Source of the DNA: Craspedostauros australis
Taxonomy: Eukaryota
DNA: 64,000 nt
Direction: 5' to 3'
Assembly: GCA_030167865.1 (NCBI GenBank)
Contig: JALAGF010006669.1
Location: 1 to 64,000, forward strand
Under the pieces are notes generated by a model. The model was not told where the DNA came from. It was given only the letters and a program-made list of their open reading frames with translations, and did not search any database. Made by a program: the position numbers and the translations under genes. This document shows, piece by piece, positions 11,748 through 23,500 of the stretch; the stretch's first letter is position 1, and each line of letters begins with the position of its first letter.

Positions 11748-14356
11748 GCAGAATGGGTGGGCATCCTAGTGCTCCGGAGTACTCTGCACGATAGCAGACC
11801 GCTCGCAAGAATCAGGATCTGCAACTGCCATGTCATGCTCAGCACAAGGAATGGGCGCCGCCTCTGCGGACATGCCATCTGAGGGTGGGCAATTGTGAAA
11901 GTATCTGTACTCGTGGGTCGTACAATGGATGTGATGTTGCACTCGCAACATCTATCGATCCGCAGCACATGAACACGAGGACAGAGCAGTTGATGAACAG
12001 ACTGGAGATATACAATCTATGTAAGCGAAGATCACATGGAGGTTGTACTCCAGTGTACTATAATAACTCGCACGGAATGCTCCTGTCATACCATATTATG
12101 AAGCCATTGTGAAAGTGAAGCGTGCGCATGCATCCCGCCCTCCCACTCCGTGCGCTCCAACAATCATGCATGTTGCAATACCATGTCAATACGGATACCA
12201 CAAGTATGGTGATACTAACACTGGAGTATATAGTAGTGGCACAAGGTGTTCTATGAGCTGTGAACAATGATGCTGTATTTGGAACTATGAATGCCATGGG
12301 AGAAAGGTTTGAACCGTGTGAGGTTTGGAGAAGGATTTTGAACAATGACGCGACAGCATTGGCGCATTTTTAAATTCGGGGAAGCTGGACGACGCACATT
12401 TTGGTTGGATCGTGCCGTTTGTCTCTAACGTTTAGGACACATACATCATAAATAAATGATTCAACGGTCGATGAATATTGTACACAGCGCATAAATCAGA
12501 AGATGTGTGCACGCGCGATGCGACACACGCAAGAACAGCAGAAGGAGTTGCCCAGTCATAGCGAGATGTTGCCGTTGTTGTTTTTGTGTGCCAACGCGAG
12601 CGTTTGCTTTGTGCAGTTTGTTCTCTCCTTTGTCTCGCGTTGGTGTGGAGTTGCCGACATCCACACACCATCCAACCAGTACTTCCAAGAGCAACTTGCG
12701 ACATTTTGGCACTGGCGTCAACAGCAACCCCAGAGCAACACGGAACCAACCCACCAAGAATCCAGGACAACCCAGCCAACAAGGCCAACAGCATCAAAGA
12801 CAAGCACCGGCCGCTTACCCAGGCCGTTTATCTGTCGACCATCTCCACTCCCTGTGATACTCTATTCAACGCAACGCAACGCAACACAAGGCACGCATCC
12901 GCCGACCGACGCTGCGTCGATAGCGAAGCACAAGACGCGTAGAGAGTGGATAGCCAGCGAAAGAGGAAGACGGACATTAATTTTGGTTGGTCTCTGTGGT
13001 TGGTACTGGCGTGTGTGTGGCCAGTGGTTTTGTTGGTGTCATTGACGAGTCCGTGATTGGAATACAGTACTGAAGGTACGTGAAAGATACGAGACATCGT
13101 GACTGAAGGATTTGAACAGCGCGGTTAGCAACGCGGGCACGGTCGGCAACGGACACAAGCAAGAGCAACAGAGGCGGAAGACAGCAACAAAGGACAAAGT
13201 CAACAGGCACAGCCAGAACAAGAGGCGTGGAAAGAGCGAACTGCGGAAGATAAAACAAAAACAAAGCCGAGCAGAGTTCAATCGAGTTGAGTTGAGTTGA
13301 GTAGAGTTGATGGAATCGGGTTGAGTGGAACCGACAGGACAAAGCAAGGCAAAGCAACACAAGGCAAGCCAAAGGAAAGCACAGCAACAGAGATAAACCA
13401 AACGGCGCGCGCCAACAAACCGACTTGTCGAAAAAGACGAGCATCGACGGCAGCAAGCACGATCGCAAGAACGGACAGGAACTGTAAGACACCAACCCGC
13501 TGGGCATTTCCCAGCACGGACTCCCACGGCAACTCCAGCCAAGCCCAAGACACGGTTTTTGAAGAAACGAGACAAAGGCTCCGCCAGCTGGGTTCCGTGG
13601 CGGTCTCTGACTGTGTCTGACTTCGGACCTCGTCGTACGGCCATCCGCAAGGCCTCGTCTGGGCTGTTACTGCAACACCTGCCACGATAGCAGCGGTTCT
13701 CGCTTTGCCAGCCTTCGTTTCCGCGATTCCTTTCGGCCAGCAGCAAGACAACCCGCATTGCCAGCCATAGTGCCGTGTCCCTTGTCGATCCGCAGCTCGG
13801 TCCATGCTATCTTCGCACATTGCGCAGTCTCCAACCACTTCTAACCCTGTCAACATTTGCATCCCTCTTCCCTTCTTCCTCTGTTCGCCACTGCCTTCAT
13901 TATCTGCACTCCACTCCGCTCCTGCAGAACCGACCCTGGTCTTCCACAAGGTGGCAAAACCAGACAAGAGCACAGGCAAGAGCACAATCCTCTCCTCAAG
14001 GCTCCAAGACACAGCCGACACCAGTTAAACCGTGAAACCCGTGAAAGTAGCAGAAGCAACCCGGACGCATAGGCGACAGCAACCGTGAGAGCGGGGCGTG
14101 CAGCACCAACATCAGAGCTCAAGAGCAAGCAAGCCCTTCAGACTTCGACATTGCAGCGAGCATCAGCTCGTCAGACTTCAGCAAAAGCAACGCACACTTC
14201 GAGCAACCATCGAGGTTGCATCAGGCGGCGAAAGACGTTCAGCACCATCATTCATTCACTCGAGTGCGCAAACGTCGGATTCAACACTCACATAGCACTC
14301 TTGGCGCAACACAAACACTCGAAATCGAACCTTGAACTTCGAAACCATCAATCAAG

Positions 14357-16961
14357 ATGGCAGCGGTTCCTGACTACACCCCCAACAACGGTGCTTCCAA
14401 CGGAACATCCGCATTACTGAACTTTGTGACAGGCGCTACTTCAGGCGCGACTAGCAGCGGGAACAACCCCGCCATGTCCAACGGAACCACAGCTGCCTCC
14501 GACAAAGCGCAGCGACCTGACGGCGAGGCATGGACCAGAGGTGGACGCCAATTCTCCTCCTCTAGGGAGATATACACGCGATCGTTGTTCCGGATATGTC
14601 TCAAGTTCACCACGTCGGAAGATGAAGATGAAGGCAAACCGGAACCAGCAACGGCGTTCTGGACATTGTATGGGAGGCCGACCACCATTGGCAACGGCGG
14701 CCCAACATCGCCAACCCCCGACAGCATTTGCCGCAGAATGGACGACTCGATGACCGGACCCGCGGCTGGCATGCTCTCGCGAATAAATGACTTTGATGGT
14801 GACGACGCGGCAAGGCACTCGCTCAGGGCCGGAATGACCACTGGATGGCACATTCGAGGCGACCGCGGTGACGCTGCTGTCCGCGTGGGCAAGGCAAAGA
14901 TCTTCCCGGGCAACAATGGCCCTGACGGCCCCACCCGCACTGCGCAGATCCTGTCATTAGACGCCGAACGATGGGCACTCATTAAGGGCGCCTCCTTCGC
15001 CGCCGGAAACTCCGTGCTCAACGTGGAGGACTGCAACGACGCCAAGCAAAAAATCACTATCCACTGTTCGAAGGGACCCATGCGAGGCAAGTTAATCGAC
15101 ATCCACGCGTCGCGGTGCCCCTTCGTCTTTGGCAGAGCCCACGAGGCTGACTTGTGCATCATGGACCGCGAACTCAGCAGGCGTCATGGTGCCATCCTCT
15201 ACCTTCCAAACAGAAAGTCCGCAGCACGTGGCAAGCCTGCCACTGGCGGCACCTTCATTCTCATTGACCTTGAAAGTACAGTAAGTCAGCGCGAGGTGGC
15301 ATGCTCCCACCAATGTTTCCTCAGATGTCTCATCATGACGGCATTGATGAGTATTGAGCTGTCAATGGCAAAAATGCGGATGATCAGCTCAAATTCACCC
15401 AGTGCGATCAACGATCACGACACTTCGACATACACTGCTCTTGCATAACTACACATGTGCACGTACTGTATTATCTCTCACACAATCGCACACCCTCCCT
15501 GAACTACTCGCTGACACCACACTTTGTCACTCTCTTCTTGCCATTGCTCTCCTCCCATCTGACGCCACTGACACAACTTCGAACACGCGCAGAATGGATC
15601 GTACATGCGGCTGGTAGGACCGTACAGCCTCAAAGGGATGGGAGCTCTCACTGTCGGCGACGAGTTCATTGTTGGAAGGACCGGTTTTTCGGTGAATCGA
15701 TTCGATTTCGGCATATCGGAGGCCATCGGTGCACGACCAACGATGGAGGACAGGACGATAGTCATCCAGTCGTTGATGTACGAACCAAGGCACGGATACC
15801 ACAGCAACGAGCCGAAGGACCAGCTGCAGGAACTGGCCATGACATCATTCGCTGCTGTCTTTGATGGTCACGGTGGTGATGAATGCTCCAACTACCTCGT
15901 CGACGCTCTGCCATATCGCATCCGACAAGGCATGTACGCGGAGCGGGAAGCCCTCCGAGCTGCCATCGAAACCAGCCGAAGTACATCACGAGCGGAGCAG
16001 TCAGATGATGCTGCGTCCGAGCTCATGCGAAAGATTCTGAAGACCGCCTACCTGCGGACCGACAAGGAATTCATCTCTCCCAAAAACGCACCACAGAGCG
16101 GATCCACAGCTGCGACCGTCATCCTCCTGGGACGCCGCCTGTTCGCGGCCAACGTCGGAGACAGTCGCGTGGTTCTTTGCCGTGCCGGGGGGCAGTGCGT
16201 GGAATTGACAAGCGATCACAAGCCCAGCCGCCCTGACGAAGCGGCCCGAGTGCGGGCTGCTGGTGGATTCATCCTTCACAAGCGAGTCATGGGAGAACTC
16301 GCGATCACACGTGCCTTTGGAGACAAGTCGTTCAAGATGGGCATCAAGGCCATGCTGGAGGAGGAAGCAGACGAGCTGGCCCGCGGTCTGAACGAGAATG
16401 ACCAAGCCAAAGACCTCACGGCTCCTTTGGTCAGCGCCGAACCCGAAATCGCATCCATGGTGAGTCGCAGTCTCTCTAACGCGTCAGCGGTTGATCGATT
16501 GATTGATTGATTGATTGATTGGTGTTATTGCAGGTTTGTCCCACTGTTGCATTTGCGACTGCGACGCGCAATGCTTGTGGTGGTGACGGCAATAGATTGC
16601 ACTGCACTGGACGCACCCTTCATCTCGCATATACTCACACAATTGCATGCACATGATTTTCATTTGTTCATGTTTTCACCGCCCATCGAATATGGCATCG
16701 AACACGCAATCTCCGTCTCTCTGTGAACCACCACAGGTTGTGAGTCACAACGACGAGTTCCTGCTGCTGGCCTGCGACGGTCTGTTCGATGTCTTCCGAT
16801 CACAAGATGCGATCGCTCTCGCCAGACAGGAGCTAATCGCGCACCGCGGTGAGCCTGCAGAGGTCGCCCGAATCCTCAGCGACCAAGCCATCCGTGTTAG
16901 ACGAAGCAGAGACAATGTCAGCATTCTGATTATCGTTCTCCGACCCTTTTGGGAGCATTGA
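14357..16961 (+). CDS. FHA-domain PP2C (PPM) protein phosphatase, 3 exons, ~671 aa
   Basis: Exons 14357-15280, 15593-16459 and 16737-16961, all GT-AG phase 0. FHA motifs: FGR..., SRRH, DLEST|NGSY. PP2C motifs: RPTMED, FDGHGG, ANVGDSR, DHKP, LAITRAFGD, ACDGLFD, DNVS. Confidence 0.93.
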
Positions 16962-17560
16962 TTATAATCAGCCCGAATGAAATGATAGACTTGTGACGAT
17001 AGCATTCGACCTGACGCTCGCGAGCTGACTCATCCCCTGGAGGGCATCTGCCGAACATCCCCCCTTCCACCACACAATCAACAAAATGAATAAATTAACC
17101 AAGCGATCGATCAGTGAAAGTATCGATTAGGGCAGCAACGACCTTGGAAGTATTTGTACTCGGGTGTCCAATCTGCCATGAAAGAACTGTAGCTGGTCTT
17201 CATTCTGATTAAAAGAACGAGAGCCTCGCAGTCAGTGCGCTGCATTAGTATTTGTACAATATATCAGAACAAGTCGATCGACCATCATCGTGTTTCAAAC
17301 TAATTCTACGTATTATCTGGAGAGCATGAATGCCTGCTGGCGTAAAAGAATATCCAAAGCTCGCAAGCATACTGGTACTTTATGTTGGCTTTGAGTCTCC
17401 TGCTCGGTGGATTGGTTTCTGGAACATGGGCGCTTACGTGCAGCACCCCGACTCCACAGATATCAGCAGCACCAGCGTCGTCCTCTCATGCTATGGTAGT
17501 CCACGGCACGCCACGTCATTCCAGATCATATTGCTCAGTTCCACTCCACTCCGTTCTACT

Positions 17561-17803
17561 CTATTGCGTTTTTGAGGCCGACAGCATCTTTTCCAGATTC
17601 ATGTTGCACTTTGTCCAGGCCGAGCCGACTCCAACGCCAGCTCCGAACCCCGTGATCGCCTTGCGCACGCCCGATGCTCCTCCTCTGGACAGCACAATGC
17701 CAACGGAGGCGCCGACCAACAATCCGACCGTGCCCTGCAGCAGCACGTCCTCTGCCGCTTTCTGCATCTGCTGCGAGACCTTTTGATCTGATGTGCTGCT
17801 CAT
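17561..17803 (-). CDS. MIC10: MICOS complex subunit Mic10
   Basis: 80 aa with two glycine-rich hydrophobic helices (GTVGLLVGASVG; GFGAGVGVGSAW) separated by a short basic loop. Confidence 0.8.
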   Translation of the reverse strand: MSSTSDQKVSQQMQKAAEDVLLQGTVGLLVGASVGIVLSRGGASGVRKAITGFGAGVGVGSAWTKCNMNLEKMLSASKTQ

Positions 17804-18217
17804 GTTGGTGCTTGATGTGTCGGTGTTTCTCTTGATTGGAAGTTACTGGAATGTAGGGTTGAGCACTTGCACTTGGATTTGTCTGCGTGTGTTGTATTCT
17901 GTGGTCTATGCTCTGTACTCTGTACTCTGCTTGTGATTGTGATGTCTGGAGGAGGAATTGGATCAGGAGAGGTGGGATGAGTTTAACGGTTTGGTCGAGT
18001 TGGCAAACTATTGAAACGGAGACGGTAGTTGGGTATAAGATCGTGTCTAAAAGTGTTGTTTGACGGATTGTGATCTGTCTCTTTCTTCTGCGGTGCACCT
18101 TCTGTGCCTTTTTGTTGTCTGCTGCTGCTCGTGACTCCTCTGAGCCCTCGTGACTGGTTTCGCTCCAATACAAACATGAAACGACAGAACACACTGCGGG
18201 GCTCTTCTCTCTGCGTA

Positions 18218-20258
18218 CCTTCCACCTCACTCACTCGGCAAACCGATAGCACTAGTTGTAGAGTTTTTGCCGTGTTCCTTGTCAGATTGACTCGTGTTTG
18301 GATGATCCCGGGAGTATCGGTAATGATACCGACACCGCAGTTTCACAAGCCAGCTAGTGTTTAGTGACGTCACTGGTTGTTTGTTTCACGGAAAATTACA
18401 GTGGACTCACCAGACTCAGGATTCTTGGTGAAGGTTTGGAGGCATTCGTCGGAATTCTGTTGTGATTTCCCACACCCCAACAGCAAGAAAAGACCGTCAC
18501 CAAGAAAAGAAACACAACAACACGACAATGGGGAAACAAAACAACGCTCTGTGAGAACCGCCAAAAGTCATGGACGGCAATGCATCAACCACCAGTCCAA
18601 TGCCAGATCCAAGCACATCAACGGAAACGCCATAGAAATATTGGTGGATGGGCAAGAGGGAGCTATCAGAGCGGTTCATTTGAATCAGCGATAGTGAAAA
18701 GAGCGAAACGTGCAAAAATGCGTCNNNNNNNNNNNNNNNNNNNNNNNNNNNNNNNNNNNNNNNNNNNNNNNNNNGTGTTCCTTGTCAGATTGACTCGTGT
18801 TTGGATGATCCCGGGAGTATCGGTAATGATACCGACACCGCAGTTTCACAAGCCAGCTAGTGTTTAGTGACGTCACTGGTTGTTTGTTTCACGGAAAATT
18901 ACAGTGGACTCACCAGACTCAGGATTCTTGGTGAAGGTTTGGAGGCATTCGTNNNNNNNNNNNNNNNNNNNNNNNNNNNNNNNNNNNNNNNNNNNNNNNN
19001 NNNNNNNNNNNNNNNNNNNNNNNNNNNNNNNNNNNNNNNNNNNNNNNNNNNNNNNNNNNNNNNNNNNNNNNNNNNNNNNNNNNNNNNNNNNNNNNNNNNN
19101 NNNNNNNNNNNNNNNNNNNNNNNNNNNNNNNNNNNNNNNNNNNTTGGTGGATGGGCAAGAGGGAGCTATCAGAGCGGTTCATTTGAATCAGCGATAGTGA
19201 AAAGAGCGAAACGTGCAAAAATGCGTCAAAAATGCATGTTGGGGACGGGATGTGTGTGGACGATACAAGCCATTTAAACAACCATGGATGGGCAGGATGC
19301 ATCAAGGGGATCAAGATGAAGGGTCCTACGAAGTTTGAGGCTGAAAGAACGCCTGGAGGGTGTCGATGGAGGGGAACAAGTGGAGTGCAAGAGTTTTTGG
19401 GGTGGTGACAAAGCACCCATCACGTGGCTTTGCTGGTGTGGTGGCGCACGTGAACATCCGCCACATCGCCAACCCACCCATACAAGATGTGTTCATTATC
19501 AAGTCAAGAATGGGGTTGGAGAAGTGGGGATCGATTACATTGAGTGGAAGAGGTTGAAATGAAGCAAATGCTGCAGTCGCATTTTTTCGATACGAAGAAA
19601 AACTGACGATGGCATCAGCGTCAGGATGGATACAAAATTGGAGATCCATCTTGAGGCGTTTTGGGATGTATCAACGTGTCCCCAGTGAATCAGGGATCGA
19701 GGGAGGCTGTGTGGGGGGAACAGAGATGGTTGTGATCGGGAGATATGATTGGATGAAGCAGCTGCCTTCGGACTGTCCTTCATTTTCAAAAATGTTGGAT
19801 TTCAGAAATGGGCTGCCAATGTGCATTGAACGGAGATCTGACGGTGCATGCTTGGCAGGGATGGATACATATGGGGTATATGGAGACAATGAGACGCGTA
19901 GGTGGTCGAAACGAGACGGTTATGGGCATAATCTTGGATGGCAAAGTGATGGCACCATGGTCCCATCCAGAATTTTGCGCCACACACAATCCCACGTTGA
20001 CAACAAAAATGATGTTAAATTTGAAGTCAATTTAAATTTAAGTTCAATATTCTTATTCGCAGCCAACGGTTTGTTCACATGGTACACTTATTTTTAATTA
20101 TGAATGATGTGGTGTTGCGATATAGCATCATAAGCATTTATTGGGATGGATTGCAATTTTACTCTAGACTGGGCTACGCAACACGACTAATCCCACGCTG
20201 GAGGGCAAAAAACTCTACAACTAGTGCTATCGCTTTGCCGAGTGAGTGAGGTGGAAGG
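18218..20258. mobile_element. Non-autonomous TIR DNA transposon (Tc1/mariner-like, TA target duplication)
   Basis: TIRs at 18218-18271 and 20204-20258 (CCTTCCACCTCACTCACTCGGCAAA[C/G]CGATAGCACTAGTTGTAGAGTTTTT..GCC; 1 mismatch, 1 indel). Flanking TA at 18216-17 and 20259-60. No transposase motif seen inside. Contains N-gaps. Confidence 0.85.
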
Positions 20259-21119
20259 TATGTTGTTCACCAGTGCATCGCTTACCTGTGTTGGACGCAC
20301 GGGACGGTACAGTTTGTGTCGTATACCGTAGAATTATAGAATAGTAGGCAAGATCGTTGTGCTCGTGCTCGTGCTCGTGCTTGATGCGTCGCTTCTGTCA
20401 CGACGGTGACGGCAGAAGACGGCAAGATCACCATGGTCGGCTCTCTATTTTTGGATTCGGTTTGCTTGTTGTTGTTGTTGTTGTTTCGGTTTGGCCACAG
20501 ATTGAATCGGAGTATTCGTTTGCATCTTGTTCGAAAATGTCGTTTGACACATTCGAATGCATGACAACAAAACGAAAAATGGCGAGAACACGATCGAAAG
20601 GTCACTGGAGAAGGATCGTTGTGCTGTTTGGTGTGCCACTGTGTTGCGCTGTGCAGCGTTCGCTGGAGTCGGGGTTGCGAAGTGCACCATGACCCCAACA
20701 ACAAGACCAAAGAGAGTCGCTGCCCACAGCGGTGTCACCAACAGAAAGGACAAGAGGTCGACAACATCAGCGATCGCCCACAAGAAGAAGACTGAGCGAG
20801 AAACGGAGAGAGAAGAGAAACGATACCGTCCACAGATCATCACATCTGATTGTTGCTGTTGCTCCAGGATTGATTGCGTCCAGCACGCCACGATCGAAGC
20901 CAAAGAAGCAGTTCACGCCACTATCCGCACGAGACTCTGTGGAGGCACAGATACGATACGCACAAGCGGCGCAACGAGCCACACACAAGAGAATTCACGC
21001 CCGTGCGAGTACTCCTGCCGCTACTCCCCCGTCTGATATACTCTATTCGAGTCTACACGAGTCTACACGAATACGCAACAAGCCAAGAAGCTGAAGCATC
21101 AAGAACAGGAGGCACGACA

Positions 21120-22721
21120 ATGGCGCCAGTGAGGAGAACGGCAGGAAACGCCGTGCATTCGTCCACCATGGATGAGGAAGATGAGGATGCGCTGGACCTG
21201 GCAGATCAGACGCAGCGCCCCAACGACGTTGCCGTGCAACAGCAGAGAGTCAACGCATGGCATCCGGTGCTGGATCCGGAATGGATGATCTGCACCTTCC
21301 TAATTCTCTCGGTCATCCTGATTCCCGTTGGTGAGTTCTGCATCTGCTACATGATGTTGCATCGCACGAGACTCAGTTGCGTTCCGTACTGTTCGCTTCG
21401 ATCTTCTTTGCTTTGGGTCTTGTTCTTGTTCTTGTTGTTTGTATTTGTGCTGGTGGTGCTGCTTGTGCTGGTGTGTTTGATTTTTGCGCCTTCACATTCA
21501 CATTCTTCCTTTGTGGTTCGGTGGCGTTCTCGTCTCAGGAACGATGCTCAACGTGTCTTCCCTCGCCACCACATCAATCTGTTTTCTGCATGGCCCTCAC
21601 ACATCATGCCGTACCACTCTCTCACCGTCTCATCATGCCAACATCTCAATCTGCCATGACATGGTTGGAACGAACGGAATGATTGGAATGACTGGGACGA
21701 TTGAAACAACGCCAATACAGGCTTCAAGATGCAATCCCTGTCGGACGATGTGGTCGAGATGAAACGAATTTATGATTCCGCAAGCGAGGGGGACGTGGCC
21801 CCGGAAGATAGGGCTTGTCGAATCGGGATGGACTACAACTCCACCAACGAATGCACGTTGGAGTTCATCGCGCCAAAGGACATGACGCCGCCCATACTGA
21901 TCCACTACGAGCTGGACAACTTCCATCAGAACCACCGATCGTACTCAAGGAACCGCGACGACTTCCAGCTTACCGGCATCGAACGCGACGATGTATTCTC
22001 GGATGAATGCAAGCCCCTCCTCAAGCTGGGGGACATTGACCTCAACCCCTGCGGTCTCATCGCCAACACATTCTTCCATGACATCTTCGAGCTAGAACCG
22101 GGCGTGTCTGCCAACGGGGAACCTCTCGTCATGAAGGAAGAAGGAATCGCATGGCAGTCAGATATCAAGCACCGGTTCGACTTTGCGCTTGGTTTCAAGA
22201 TGGAGGAATGCCCGCAGGACGACTGCAATGAAGGCGCATCCTCGACCTGCTGCCAAGACTTGGACTTTTCCTGCGACAAGCCCTTGATCTCCCCGAAGGA
22301 CGGCAAGTGCTACGCCTTCCACTATCCGGACGAAGACACCACGCAGTACCTGTATGAAACCTACCCGGAAAAGATCAGTCCCTTGGAGCACGTCACCAAT
22401 GAGCATTTCATCGTCTGGATGAGGGTTGCCACGCTGCCCAACTTTCGCAAGCTCTACGGGTACATCCAGGAACCCATCGCCGCCGGCACTGTCCTGCGAT
22501 TCAACGTCAAGACACGATACGTCGTGGAATCGTTTGATGGGTACAAGGCGCTGGTCATCAGCACCAACAACATCTTCGGTGGGCAGAATGAGTACCTCGG
22601 AACCAGCTTCTACGGCGTGGGAGTCTTCTGCTTGGCCATGGGACTGCTGTTTGGTCTCAAGCACTGGCTGCGACCGCGAAAACTGGCCAACAAGAAGTAT
22701 CTGCGGTACAAGGAGCATTAG
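21120..22721 (+). CDS. CDC50: CDC50/LEM3 (ALIS) P4-ATPase flippase beta-subunit, 2 exons
   Basis: Exons 21120-21330 and 21721-22721 (GTGAG...TACAG, phase 1). Motifs: QQRVNAWHP, YELDNFHQNHR, PCGLIAN, GIAW.SD, NEHFIVWMR.A.LPNFRKLYG, GG.N..LG. Confidence 0.93.
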
Positions 22722-23500
22722 GCAGTGTCATGGGTCGTTTCATTTCCAGTTGCACCCGTCTCTGTGGCTGCCACTACTCCACCGTCAACGAGCCGTGACG
22801 TTCCACGCCGTGGTCGCAATGCCATCGCTGTGGTACGAACATGCATTTACTGGGGGCACACATTGTTAAGCGGAGTGAAGAGTGGAGTGGAGCACAGCGG
22901 AACAGTGGCAAAAAGTGCAGCCAACGACACACAGCCTCCAAAACGCCTGTTGTAGGGTACTATTAATTCAATTACAACCATAATACATATTTGCTTTCGA
23001 TACCTACGCTCCTACCAGCGCTCGCAAGTATGCTGTGTTTCGCATTCGTCTTCGTCGGTTCAGTTCGTGGTAAGATCGGATAGTTGTACGACTATGGTCT
23101 GTCTCACTCTCACACACATTTACTTCATAGAGAGGAGGAAGATGTGGTGAAGGCGGCAGGTGCGGAAAGGAAAATGATTCTTTGGCGCGAATGCTCCGTC
23201 GCTTTGTTGGTTGGTCCTTGCGGTTGTTATGAGTTGTAATCGACTTGGCTTCGGCCATCCACACACTGTTTGTCGATGCGAAGTAGAGTATGCAAGTTCA
23301 ATGACAGCCATGTCATTGCAAGCATCATCTGCGAGGCTCGCTGGTTGATGATGAGAGGTCGTGACTACTAATGGTATTAGAATGGACCAGCTGCGCGCCT
23401 TCCATATGTACTTGTGCAAATACATGCATGCTAACATGGAGATGCAATAACCGAAAACGTCCCATTCACTATTTGACCGTGCCTGTTGATCATCAACGCA

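Noticed and set aside
12432..14356. Many overlapping ORFs upstream of the PP2C gene
   Set aside because: Low-complexity CA/AG-rich sequence typical of promoter or 5' UTR; no coherent protein.
16491..16520. (GATT)n run, and (ATC)n/(CAA)n runs elsewhere such as 1838-1875 and 8649-8691
   Set aside because: Ordinary microsatellites in introns or UTRs.
18272..19227. Apparent 503-bp tandem duplication inside the TA-flanked element
   Set aside because: 18272-18449 equals 18775-18952, and 18641-18724 equals 19144-19227, at exactly the same offset. The copies are separated by a round 50-N gap, and a 191-N gap matches the missing length exactly. Most likely a scaffolding artefact.
19274..20097. Possible transposase remnant within the TA-flanked element
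   Set aside because: No DD(E/D) or HTH motif recognisable in the translated ORFs.
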